DNA from: Deltaproteobacteria bacterium
Lineage (GTDB): Bacteria > Desulfobacterota > Desulfuromonadia > Desulfuromonadales > JAAYDE01
Reading direction: 5' to 3'
Assembly: GCA_017552515.1 (NCBI GenBank)
Contig: JAFZPK010000193.1
Span: forward strand, 1 to 45,045
DNA: 45,045 bases
Part shown: one piece after another, positions 24,464-32,421 of the stretch
Layout of the letters: each line of letters begins with the position of its first letter
Position numbering within the stretch: the stretch's first letter is position 1
Program-made: the position numbers and the translations under genes
Notes under the pieces: generated by a model
Databases searched by the model: none
Seen by the model: only the letters and a program-made list of their open reading frames with translations
Told to the model about the DNA's origin: nothing

Positions 24464-25909
24464 TTAATTGCCGTTTAGAGGCAGGCGAATGGCTGCGCCG
24501 CATGAAGCCCGTAAAAGTTCCAGGTCATGGGTAATGACAAGCACGCACGCCCCCTGCTCCGCCAACAGGGAAAGAGCTTTGGCAATGCGCTTCATATTGC
24601 CGCCGTCCAGCCCACTGGTAGGTTCGTCAAGAATGAGAATCGAGGGTTTTTTGGCAAAAGCGCAGGCTATGACAAGACGCTGCTTTTCTCCCCCGGAAAG
24701 AGACTGTGGATGCCTGTCCGCGAGATGCTCCAGATCAAAAAGCCCGAGCAAAAAGTGTCTTTGTTCCTCCCTGCTCCGCCTGCTTTTCGACCAGCCCCGC
24801 AATCTTTCGGCCAACGCCAGACATACGTCGATTTCCTGTGCGACAGTGCGCATGTGCAACTGATGGTCTGAATTCTGAAGGACGATACCGACATGGCGAA
24901 GCATTTCCGAGACGGGAAAAAGGATCCCGTTGATGCGGAAAGCGCCTTCTTGCGCCTTGTTTAATCCGGTGATCAGACGGGCCAGTGTCGTTTTGCCCGT
25001 TCCATTTCCGCCGATGAGTGCCGTAACTCCCTGCCCAAGCCAAAAACTTGCCCTGTCGTAGAGAGGAGCCTGTCCCTTGTACGCAAAGCGAAGTCCATCG
25101 ACGCGCAGACCCTTTTCACCCGCGCGGGGTCCCTTTGTGGGAGGAGCGCTTTCGGGCAGAGTTGAACGCACGTCTTCCACATGGGCAGCCCGCAACCCGC
25201 AGGCAGAACGCAGGGCGCCGTCATGCAGCATGTCAAATGCGCCCTGCGCCACGATGACGCCTTCCCTCATCACGGCTACACGATCCGCGACATCCTCCAG
25301 CCAGTAGAGCCTGTGATCCACAACAAGAATGGCCATGCCGGATTTCTTCAGCCGGTCGAGCCTGCGTGCAAGTTCCACCGTGGATTCGGGATCAAGGTTG
25401 GCCGTAGGCTCATCGAGGACAAGCGCTCCGGGATCCTGCGAAAAGATGGACGCCAAACCCACCTTTTGTTTTTGCCCTTCCGAAAGTTCATGTATCGAAT
25501 GGCCGAACAGATCTTCCAAAAGGAATTCCTTCGCCGCTTCCGCTATTTTCCTGCGCGTTTCCGCCGCCGGAGTACCGCGCCATTCGTGAACGAAAGCCAG
25601 CTCTTCCTCCACTTCAAGAGCAAAAAACTGCTGTTCCGGATCCTGAAAAAGTGTGCCCACCATGCGCGACATATCCTTGAGCGGCATTTCTCCCGTGCTT
25701 TTGCCGCCGACAAAGACATCGCCTTCCAGCGTACCGCCAAAATACTGCGGGCATAATCCATTGGCCAAACGCATAAGAGTGCTTTTGCCGCAGCCGCTTT
25801 CGCCGGTGACAAGCACAAACTCACCCGGGCGCACATGCAGGTCTACGCCACGGACGGCGGGCTTTTCCTGGAACGGATAGGTGTAGGTGACATTCACAAA
25901 GCGTATCAT
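24464..25909 (-). CDS. ECF-transporter ATPase, fused duplicated ABC domains (EcfA-EcfA')
   Basis: ATG at 25909 follows a GGAGGC RBS. There are two Walker A motifs (GESGCGKST, GGNGTGKTT), two signatures (LSEGQKQKV, LSGGEKQRL) and two Walker B motifs (LVLDEPT, LILDEPT). There are no TM segments. Confidence 0.9.
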   Translation of the reverse strand: MIRFVNVTYTYPFQEKPAVRGVDLHVRPGEFVLVTGESGCGKSTLMRLANGLCPQYFGGTLEGDVFVGGKSTGEMPLKDMSRMVGTLFQDPEQQFFALEVEEELAFVHEWRGTPAAETRRKIAEAAKEFLLEDLFGHSIHELSEGQKQKVGLASIFSQDPGALVLDEPTANLDPESTVELARRLDRLKKSGMAILVVDHRLYWLEDVADRVAVMREGVIVAQGAFDMLHDGALRSACGLRAAHVEDVRSTLPESAPPTKGPRAGEKGLRVDGLRFAYKGQAPLYDRASFWLGQGVTALIGGNGTGKTTLARLITGLNKAQEGAFRINGILFPVSEMLRHVGIVLQNSDHQLHMRTVAQEIDVCLALAERLRGWSKSRRSREEQRHFLLGLFDLEHLADRHPQSLSGGEKQRLVIACAFAKKPSILILDEPTSGLDGGNMKRIAKALSLLAEQGACVLVITHDLELLRASCGAAIRLPLNGN

Positions 25910-25917
25910 GGAGCCTC

Positions 25918-26703
25918 CTACATGTGCCCTGCCACAGGGGCCCTGCCAAGCAGGTAATGGCAGGCCAGGGCGGCGGCGATAACCGTCAGGGCTGCCGCAA
26001 CGAGGAGCGTATCCTTCCTGCTCCATACCGGACTGCGATAGGGCACAAAGCGGCTCTGAGCATCCAGTCCCTTGAGTTCCGCGGCAATTCCCAGTTCTTC
26101 CGACGTGCGAAGCGAACGGAAAAGCAGGGGCGTAAAAAGCAACCTCAGCACAAGCAGGGGATGGCGAAACATCCCGCCAAGTGTCAAGGTGTAGCCACGG
26201 ATCTGAAGTGCCTCAGCTATCTGTTTGATATCGTTCATAAACGTTGGGATGAAACGGATCATGACCGCTCCGGGGAGATAGATGCAAAACGGCAGGCACA
26301 GTCCTTTGAGCACGGTGAGCAGATCCTGTATGCGGCATGTAAGGGCAAGAGGCAGCACGACATTAAGCATAACCAGCCCGCGCATGAAGGGCACGGCCAA
26401 TCCTTTGAAAGTAAAGGAGACGAATGGAGCCACACTGGACAAGCCCCAGGTGCAGAGCGTTGCCAGGCCCATCATGAACGCGACGAACAGATAGGCGATC
26501 GTAAGCGCCTTGAAGCGCCTGATAGACAAGGCGTAAAGCAGTGATGCTCCCAAAAGCATCAGCTGCCCCTCTACCGAAGAAATGATAATGGTCACGATAG
26601 AAGCCAAAAGGCTTATGACCATCCGGGCGCGGGCATCATATCCGGAATCCGGCGCGACGGATCCACCCATGCCCAGAAACCTACTGGCGGATGATACCTG
26701 CAT
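25918..26703 (-). CDS. ECF-transporter transmembrane (T) component, CbiQ/EcfT family
   Basis: ATG at 26703 follows an AAGGAG RBS and overlaps the S-component 3' end. It is a polytopic protein with a conserved Arg-containing coupling-helix region (ALQIRGYTL, FRSLRTSEELGIA). Confidence 0.8.
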   Translation of the reverse strand: MQVSSASRFLGMGGSVAPDSGYDARARMVISLLASIVTIIISSVEGQLMLLGASLLYALSIRRFKALTIAYLFVAFMMGLATLCTWGLSSVAPFVSFTFKGLAVPFMRGLVMLNVVLPLALTCRIQDLLTVLKGLCLPFCIYLPGAVMIRFIPTFMNDIKQIAEALQIRGYTLTLGGMFRHPLLVLRLLFTPLLFRSLRTSEELGIAAELKGLDAQSRFVPYRSPVWSRKDTLLVAAALTVIAAALACHYLLGRAPVAGHM

Positions 26704-27220
26704 GACGCAGCTCCTTTACGGCATGTACGCCGGTGTACAGTCCTCCCAAAGATCCCATGTATCCTATGAGGACAAAGGGAACGATCATGATCATCATGCC
26801 GGCATTCTCTCTGGTCAGCAGATAGGAGACCCCAAGGGAAAGCGCTTTGGTAACAACATCAAACACGGCCGCAGCGGCCACCTTTGGCCATAAGCCGGTA
26901 CTGTTTCGTCCTGGCCACATGGCAAGTTCCCCCAGCAATGCTCCGGCCAGCAGCGGAGGCAGCAAAGTAACGCTGGCCCCCATAAGAAGCATGCTCACGA
27001 TACTGTTGATGACGGTGAAAAGCGTGAGTGTTCCCGGCCGGCTGACCTTGCAGAGCATGACAATGAGAAGCGTCGTGAAAACAAGATTCTTGCCCATCAG
27101 ACTTAGGGGGTTCATGCCGCCTCCGGCAAGAGCCACAATCAACGTGGTTACCTTTGCGGTCGCGGCAAAAATGCCTATGACCACCAATTCACGGGCTGAC
27201 CATTGGGAAAGTAAGGACAT
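26681..27220 (-). CDS. Putative ECF-transporter substrate-capture (S) component, MptD/Trep_Strep-like
   Basis: This 179-aa protein of about 6 TM segments lies immediately upstream of the T and AA' genes, which is the gene order expected for a dedicated ECF module. The family name is recalled, not searched. Confidence 0.65.
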   Translation of the reverse strand: MSLLSQWSARELVVIGIFAATAKVTTLIVALAGGGMNPLSLMGKNLVFTTLLIVMLCKVSRPGTLTLFTVINSIVSMLLMGASVTLLPPLLAGALLGELAMWPGRNSTGLWPKVAAAAVFDVVTKALSLGVSYLLTRENAGMMIMIVPFVLIGYMGSLGGLYTGVHAVKELRHAGIIRQ

Positions 27221-27250
27221 TGTCGATTCCGTGCATGTTAAATTTTCCGG

Positions 27251-27280
27251 GGAGGAAGGGCGCGTCAGCGCCCTTCCTCC
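27251..27280 (-). terminator. Perfect 13-bp GC-rich hairpin between the receptor gene and the ECF genes (attenuator or RNA-stability element)
   Basis: GGAGGAAGGGCGC-GTCA-GCGCCCTTCCTCC (arms 27251-27263 and 27268-27280). No clean T-run follows it on the minus strand. Confidence 0.4.
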
Positions 27281-27353
27281 TTTCCAGTTCTTTCCCGGAG
27301 CAGGACAAAATACAGGAGGCAGAGCTCCGGGAAGAGGATGCCGCCCGCAAGTA

Positions 27354-29516
27354 CTAGAATTTGTAGCCCAGTCTCACGTTGGCATGCACGCCAGGTTCAA
27401 GGATGGCGTAGTTGTACTGGTAGCGCTTGTCGAAGATGTTCTGCACTTCGGTATCAAGGGAGAATTCCTTGTTCTTGCCAAAGTCCAGGCCCAGGGAAAA
27501 GTTGGCCGTGGTGAATCCGCCGATTTTGTCCGACGTTCCATCCGAGTAGGCGGTTTTGGTAGCTGTCTGGCTGCGGCCATAGGCGTCAGAGCGCAGGTTA
27601 ATGTACTCGTTAATGGATTTTATGTAGCGGACACCGTAGCGGCCAAACCATTCGGGCGTGCCGGAATCATAGGTTGTAAAGCCGTCACCATAGTCATACT
27701 CGCGACGCATCCAGGTAAACGCCAGGTAAGGCTGGAACATGCCCCAGGATGTGCCAAACTTGTAGCTGGCGCTCAATTCCGAACCGAAAGTCGTGGCCTT
27801 GGACACATTGGTATACATGTAGTTTGCTGTTTCAGCGATACGGCGTGATGTGATGTAATCATCGGCGAGAGAGTAGAAGAAAGCCAGGTCAGCAGATGCA
27901 GGGCCATGGTTCCAGCGGGCACCGACTTCAAAGTTGTTGGATGTTTCAGGATCAAGATTGGGATTGCCGTAGGTCGTGCCGCCGGTCTGCCCCATGCTCG
28001 TGCCGATGAATTTTTCCGTCAGGTTCGGGGCGCGGAAGCCCTGGGCCCAGCTGGCGCGCAGGGCAAGGTCTTCAATGCCGGTCCACACCAGTCCCACATT
28101 GAACACAGGACGGGAATAACTGTCGCTGCCGACCTTGGCATCGTCGTCGACAGGCTTATGGTCGTCATCAAACATGGTCATTGTGGGAATGCTGCCCCTG
28201 TACATGCCCCCGGAACCAGTTCTGAAGGCATTGGCCTTCTCAAGCTCGCTTCTCACATAGGTCCAGCGCACACCGTAGGTCAGTGCGAAGTCCCGGGGCA
28301 GCTGGGTTTCCATATTGGCGAATAGGGCATGCGTAGTCTGGTTGCCTTCATAGAGCTTGTCCCGGTAATAATCCATTTTCATGGACATGACGGGTGACAT
28401 TGTCTGGTTCATTTTCATGTAGTTACGGTTGACGGAATCCATGTCGTCATAGCTGAACTCGTAGCCTGCAATCAGATGATTTGCGGACCCCAGCTGCCAG
28501 TCTGTCTGCAGAGAAATGCCCGTGGTGTCAAGATAGTTGCGGGCGAAATTGTCTACTTCCGCCGTGTCGCCGTCGGTATAATCACCGACAAAGTTCTCCA
28601 TGTGCTTGATGGTCTTCTGGTAGTAGGCGTCGAAGCGCAGGCGGGTGAACCATTTTGAGAGGTCCCGGGCTTCGGCAAAGGCATTGAACTTTTCACGGCT
28701 CCACTTGGGCACTTTAACGAAAAAGTCCTGATCGGGATTCGTCACGTATTCCATAGCCGTAGAGTTGAAATGCCCACGGTAATAATCGTAGCCGCCCCCC
28801 AGTGTGAAATGCTCGCTGAAGTCATAGCTCAAAAAGGCGCTGGCGTCGGTCTGGTTGAACCAGGTATTATCCAGAGTGCCATCGGGAGTATGGACATCAT
28901 CCTGCTCGGAATGCGAGCCGGAAAAACGATAGTTCAAGCCCTTAACTTTTCCGTAAAGGGAGGCCCCTTCGGAAAAACCTCTGGACGCGCCGTTGTAGCC
29001 GACAAAGGCTTCCCCCTCGACAGGTTTTTTGCCGCCCTTTTTGGTAATCACGTTGATCACGCCGCCGATGGCGTCGGAGCCGTAAAGTACGGAAGCAGGT
29101 CCCTTTATGACTTCCACTCTTTCAATGCGTGAAGCATCGATGAGCAGAGGAGAACCGGACATGGATTTTTGCTCGGAAATCTTCTGACCGTCGATAAGCA
29201 CCAGCGTACGGAAGGCGTCTTCACCGCGGATACGCACGCGCTTCAGCCCCTGGGAACCGTCGTTCATGATTTGCACGCCGGGCACATCCTCCAAAAGTTC
29301 GCCTACAGTACGGGCGCCGGAATGCCTCACTTGCTCGGCAGTAATGACCGTGACGCTGGAGGGCACATCCATCAGTTCCTTCTCCACTCGCGTGGCCGTG
29401 ACAAAAACATCCCCGGCCTTCACCGTGTCTTCCGCAAGCGCGAACCGCGCGGGGACAACGACACACAACAGCATGGCGAGTGTCAGACTACCCGCAAATT
29501 CCCGATTGAAATTCAT
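27354..29516 (-). CDS. TonB-dependent outer-membrane receptor, haem/haemoglobin-receptor-like
   Basis: ATG at 29516 follows a GGAAGGAG RBS. It has a signal peptide ending ARFALA, a plug domain (DVFVTATRVEKELMDVPSSVTVIT...) and both FRAP and NPNL motifs (GFRAPNLTEKF...YGNPNLDPETS). The C-terminus ends in an aromatic residue (...RLGYKF). Confidence 0.9.
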   Translation of the reverse strand: MNFNREFAGSLTLAMLLCVVVPARFALAEDTVKAGDVFVTATRVEKELMDVPSSVTVITAEQVRHSGARTVGELLEDVPGVQIMNDGSQGLKRVRIRGEDAFRTLVLIDGQKISEQKSMSGSPLLIDASRIERVEVIKGPASVLYGSDAIGGVINVITKKGGKKPVEGEAFVGYNGASRGFSEGASLYGKVKGLNYRFSGSHSEQDDVHTPDGTLDNTWFNQTDASAFLSYDFSEHFTLGGGYDYYRGHFNSTAMEYVTNPDQDFFVKVPKWSREKFNAFAEARDLSKWFTRLRFDAYYQKTIKHMENFVGDYTDGDTAEVDNFARNYLDTTGISLQTDWQLGSANHLIAGYEFSYDDMDSVNRNYMKMNQTMSPVMSMKMDYYRDKLYEGNQTTHALFANMETQLPRDFALTYGVRWTYVRSELEKANAFRTGSGGMYRGSIPTMTMFDDDHKPVDDDAKVGSDSYSRPVFNVGLVWTGIEDLALRASWAQGFRAPNLTEKFIGTSMGQTGGTTYGNPNLDPETSNNFEVGARWNHGPASADLAFFYSLADDYITSRRIAETANYMYTNVSKATTFGSELSASYKFGTSWGMFQPYLAFTWMRREYDYGDGFTTYDSGTPEWFGRYGVRYIKSINEYINLRSDAYGRSQTATKTAYSDGTSDKIGGFTTANFSLGLDFGKNKEFSLDTEVQNIFDKRYQYNYAILEPGVHANVRLGYKF

Positions 29517-29554
29517 AACTCCTTCCTTTCCGTCATTCCTGATATTTTCGCCGC

Positions 29555-31006
29555 TCAAGCGCCCGATGCATCCGCCACGCGGCCCGTAAGTTCGCTATCT
29601 TCCAGATAATGCTTGAGAAAATCCTGCATAAGCTGCGAGATGTTCACCTGCCAAAACTGACCTGCCAGGGTCAGCACAGCTTTTTTTTCACTTACTGCAA
29701 CAAGTCCTGCGCGCTGCCACTGTTCCAGCAGAGGCTCAAGCAGGGCAGAGAGCTCCACGCCAAATTTCTTTTCCAAAGCATCCATGTCTATCCAGCCATG
29801 CTCCAGGGCAAAAGCCACGGCACGGTAGAGATAAAAATGCGGGCTGGGGGCCATGATCATGGCCGTCGGCTTTTTGCCGGAATTCACATGCTCAAGCCAT
29901 GCGTCATACCTGTTCTGGTGGATAAAAAACCATCCTGCGAGATTGCCGCCGGCTCCCGGGCCAAAGGCCAGGCAGTTTGCGCTGCCCTTGACATACTGAT
30001 TGTACAGATTGCGCTCGCGGCTGCTGCGGGCCCAATGCGTGAGTGAAAGGCGGTAATAAAAAGCTTTCTGCAGTTTCTCCACGCTGGCGGCGAACATGGA
30101 CGACTGCATGGGGATATCGGCCGCAGGCGGCATACGCCCTTCCCTGATCGCTTTGCCCAACGGTGTTTGCGAAAAGATATTGAGCTGATAGCAGTCCATG
30201 CCATCCAGTTCCAGGTCCATGGCTGTCTGGATGTCTTCCAGCCAAATCTCCATGCTCTGGTTGGGGAATCCATAGATGAGATCCACGATGACAGCAGCCT
30301 GCCCATAGCCCATTAACGTTTCCAGTCCCCGCATTACTGCTTCGCGAGGAGCAAGACGTCCCATGGACTGCCGTATTTCCGTGGAAAAGCTTTGCACACC
30401 GAGGGAAAACCGGTTTGCACCGCCGGCGAAACAGGCTTCCATCTTTTCCTGATTGAAATGGTGCAGACGGCCCTCTACGGTGATTTCGCAATCGTTGGCC
30501 AGCGGCAGGTATGTGCGCACCGCTTTAAGAAGGCGCTCGAGATCCGCCGCTTCCAGAGCCGTGGGGGTGCCTCCGCCAAAATAGACTGCATGCACGGGGC
30601 CCTGGCTTTGGGCAGGCCTGCCGTCCCAGAGCTGCATCTCCCTGATAAGCGCGTCGACATACTGCGCGCTCTGTTCCTTCCCATAGGCTTTGGTGTAAAA
30701 ACCGCAGTAAAGGCACTGCGTTTCGCAAAAAGGGACATGAATGTACGCCACGCTTAACCCTGTCCGCGGCTTTTGGGAAAGATCTTCCAGAGTCTGCTCA
30801 ACCATGGACGGCTGGATCCTTTTCCCGCCTGCTCCGGGATGGACGGCTATCTTGCCCTCAAACGCGTACCGAAGAGGATCGACACCTTCTCTTGCAAAAT
30901 ATTGCTCCATGCTCCACTGTCCTTTCGCAGGGGAGACGAAATTCTTTCCATTCATACGCGGAGCATCAAATGCGAACTTTGGCTCATCGTTCTTTGCTAC
31001 GAACAT
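29555..31006 (-). CDS. chuW: Radical SAM haem-degrading methyltransferase (anaerobilin synthase), ChuW/HutW family
   Basis: The 483-aa protein has the HemN-like radical SAM motif YIHVPFCETQCLYCGFY (CxxxCxxC) and a GGGTPT SAM-binding motif. It heads an operon with a haem receptor and HutX. Confidence 0.85.
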   Translation of the reverse strand: MFVAKNDEPKFAFDAPRMNGKNFVSPAKGQWSMEQYFAREGVDPLRYAFEGKIAVHPGAGGKRIQPSMVEQTLEDLSQKPRTGLSVAYIHVPFCETQCLYCGFYTKAYGKEQSAQYVDALIREMQLWDGRPAQSQGPVHAVYFGGGTPTALEAADLERLLKAVRTYLPLANDCEITVEGRLHHFNQEKMEACFAGGANRFSLGVQSFSTEIRQSMGRLAPREAVMRGLETLMGYGQAAVIVDLIYGFPNQSMEIWLEDIQTAMDLELDGMDCYQLNIFSQTPLGKAIREGRMPPAADIPMQSSMFAASVEKLQKAFYYRLSLTHWARSSRERNLYNQYVKGSANCLAFGPGAGGNLAGWFFIHQNRYDAWLEHVNSGKKPTAMIMAPSPHFYLYRAVAFALEHGWIDMDALEKKFGVELSALLEPLLEQWQRAGLVAVSEKKAVLTLAGQFWQVNISQLMQDFLKHYLEDSELTGRVADASGA

Positions 31007-31019
31007 GTCTTTCCTTTTT

Positions 31020-31094
31020 TAATAAACTGAAAAAGTTTTATTAACCTAACTAAATATGCGATGACTAACTAAATAAAATTGGGCTCATTGTCAA
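31020..31094 (-). promoter_or_regulatory. AT-rich control region of the haem operon: TTGACA box, an 11-bp direct repeat x2 and an inverted repeat
   Basis: Plus-strand coordinates: CTAACTAAATA at 31046-31056 and 31065-31075 (19 bp start to start); TAATAAA/TTTATTA at 31020-31026 and 31037-31043; minus-strand TTGACA at 31094-31089. I found no convincing -10 hexamer. Confidence 0.35.
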
Positions 31095-31345
31095 GCCAAT
31101 TTTTGGTTCTTCTCTGTTTTAAGAGGGGGGAAGAGAGAAATGAAGTTGCACGCCAGGGAGACGGATTATGATGATGCGATCTTTCGCTGGCCGGTAGCAA
31201 CGCACCCGCGATAAATCCGGCGAATGAAAAGAGAACGGCCATTCCGTACAGGAAAAAAGATCCCAACGGCAAGGAAGCTTGCTATTATGGTTACAGAAAA
31301 ATTTGTTATGCTGGTGAACATTGACGCCGTACAAAGCTTTTCGCC

Positions 31346-31702
31346 ATGAAACATCCCATCTTCATTCTTTTGCTCATACTTCCGGCGCTGGCGCTGACCG
31401 CCGCGGGAGATTTTCCGATGGCGCGCCGTCTCATCAACACGCAGGGCTGCAAAGCCTGCCACAAACTGGAAGGATTTGGCGGCGACTTTGCGCGGCCACT
31501 GGACGGGGTCGGCGACACCTTGAGTGAAACGCAGCTGGAGCAAAAACTGAAAACCGGCAATACCACGCCCTACATGCCAGGCCACCAACATCTGACCCAG
31601 GAAGAACGCACCTCGCTTGCACAGTTTCTGAAGTCCCTCAGGGGACAGGAGAAAAAACGCCCGGCGCAGCGGCCTGCGTCTTCCAGTCGCAAAAGATCCT
31701 GA
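31346..31702 (+). CDS. Monohaem c-type cytochrome (class I, c553-like), secreted
   Basis: It has a signal peptide MKHPIFILLLILPALALTAA, a single CKACH haem-binding motif and a distal PYMPG Met-ligand candidate. The C-terminal tail is basic. Confidence 0.8.
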   Translation: MKHPIFILLLILPALALTAAGDFPMARRLINTQGCKACHKLEGFGGDFARPLDGVGDTLSETQLEQKLKTGNTTPYMPGHQHLTQEERTSLAQFLKSLRGQEKKRPAQRPASSSRKRS

Positions 31703-31728
31703 AAAATCTTGTTGAAAGCGATTTTTCC

Positions 31729-32421
31729 ATGCAGAGAGTGATTCCCATAACCTCACCGCTGTTTGTTCCGGAAACGAGCCTGAAGGCCTGCGGCGCTCCG
31801 GAGATGCTTTTTGCGCATCAGCAACCACTGGCGATGGAGATTGGCTGCGGCATCGGAGACTTCATCACCGCGCTGGCCGCCCAAACGCCGCAGTGGAACT
31901 TTCTGGCGGTGGACATCTATAACCAGGGCTGCATCAAAACCTGCCGCCGCCTCACGGAGGCCGCGCTGGAAAACGTACGCGTCTTGCGGATGGAGGCACG
32001 CGCGCTGCTCACCTCCTATTTCGACGAAGCATCCATCGCCGCGTTCTATATCAACTGCCCCGATCCCTGGCCCAAGAAACGCCATCATTACCGCCGGCTG
32101 GTCAACGCGGAATTTTTGCGGATCGCGCGTTACTTTCTCGTTCACGGCGGTGAAATGTTCTTTTGCACCGATTTTGAAAGTTATGCAGACGAAGTGGAAC
32201 AGCTGCCGCAAATGCCGGGACTCGAATTTCTGGGACGCACGGCGGCGACGCCTGCGGAGTATCCCCATTCAAAATACATGCGCCGTTTTCTGGAAAAAGG
32301 GCTGCCGATTCATTTCTTCCACTACCGCAAAAGCGATGACGGGGCACGCTATGAACGTCCTCAGCTTGCACCCGGTTTCCGGAGACCCCGAACACGTACG
32401 GAGGAAACATCATGTGGCTGA
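31729..32421 (+). CDS. trmB: tRNA (guanine46-N7)-methyltransferase
   Basis: MEIGCGIGDFI (SAM-binding motif) and FYINCPDPWPKKRHHYRRL are TrmB signatures. Confidence 0.9.
   Translation: MQRVIPITSPLFVPETSLKACGAPEMLFAHQQPLAMEIGCGIGDFITALAAQTPQWNFLAVDIYNQGCIKTCRRLTEAALENVRVLRMEARALLTSYFDEASIAAFYINCPDPWPKKRHHYRRLVNAEFLRIARYFLVHGGEMFFCTDFESYADEVEQLPQMPGLEFLGRTAATPAEYPHSKYMRRFLEKGLPIHFFHYRKSDDGARYERPQLAPGFRRPRTRTEETSCG

Noticed and set aside
26847-27848. 333-aa plus-strand ORF spanning the ECF S gene, the hairpin and the receptor 3' end.
   Set aside because: It crosses an intergenic hairpin and is antisense to two well-supported genes.
31007-31110. Looked for a canonical Fur box upstream of the haem operon.
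   Set aside because: I could find no convincing 19-bp GATAATGATAATCATTATC-like match by eye. The repeats actually present are reported as a finding. A clade-specific matrix scan is needed.
31069-31272. 67-aa minus-strand ORF with a hydrophobic N-terminal stretch (FFLYGMAVLFSFAGFIAGALL) upstream of chuW.
   Set aside because: It has a TTG start with no RBS, overlaps the putative promoter and repeat region, and its hydrophobicity can come from T-rich sequence. The evidence is insufficient.
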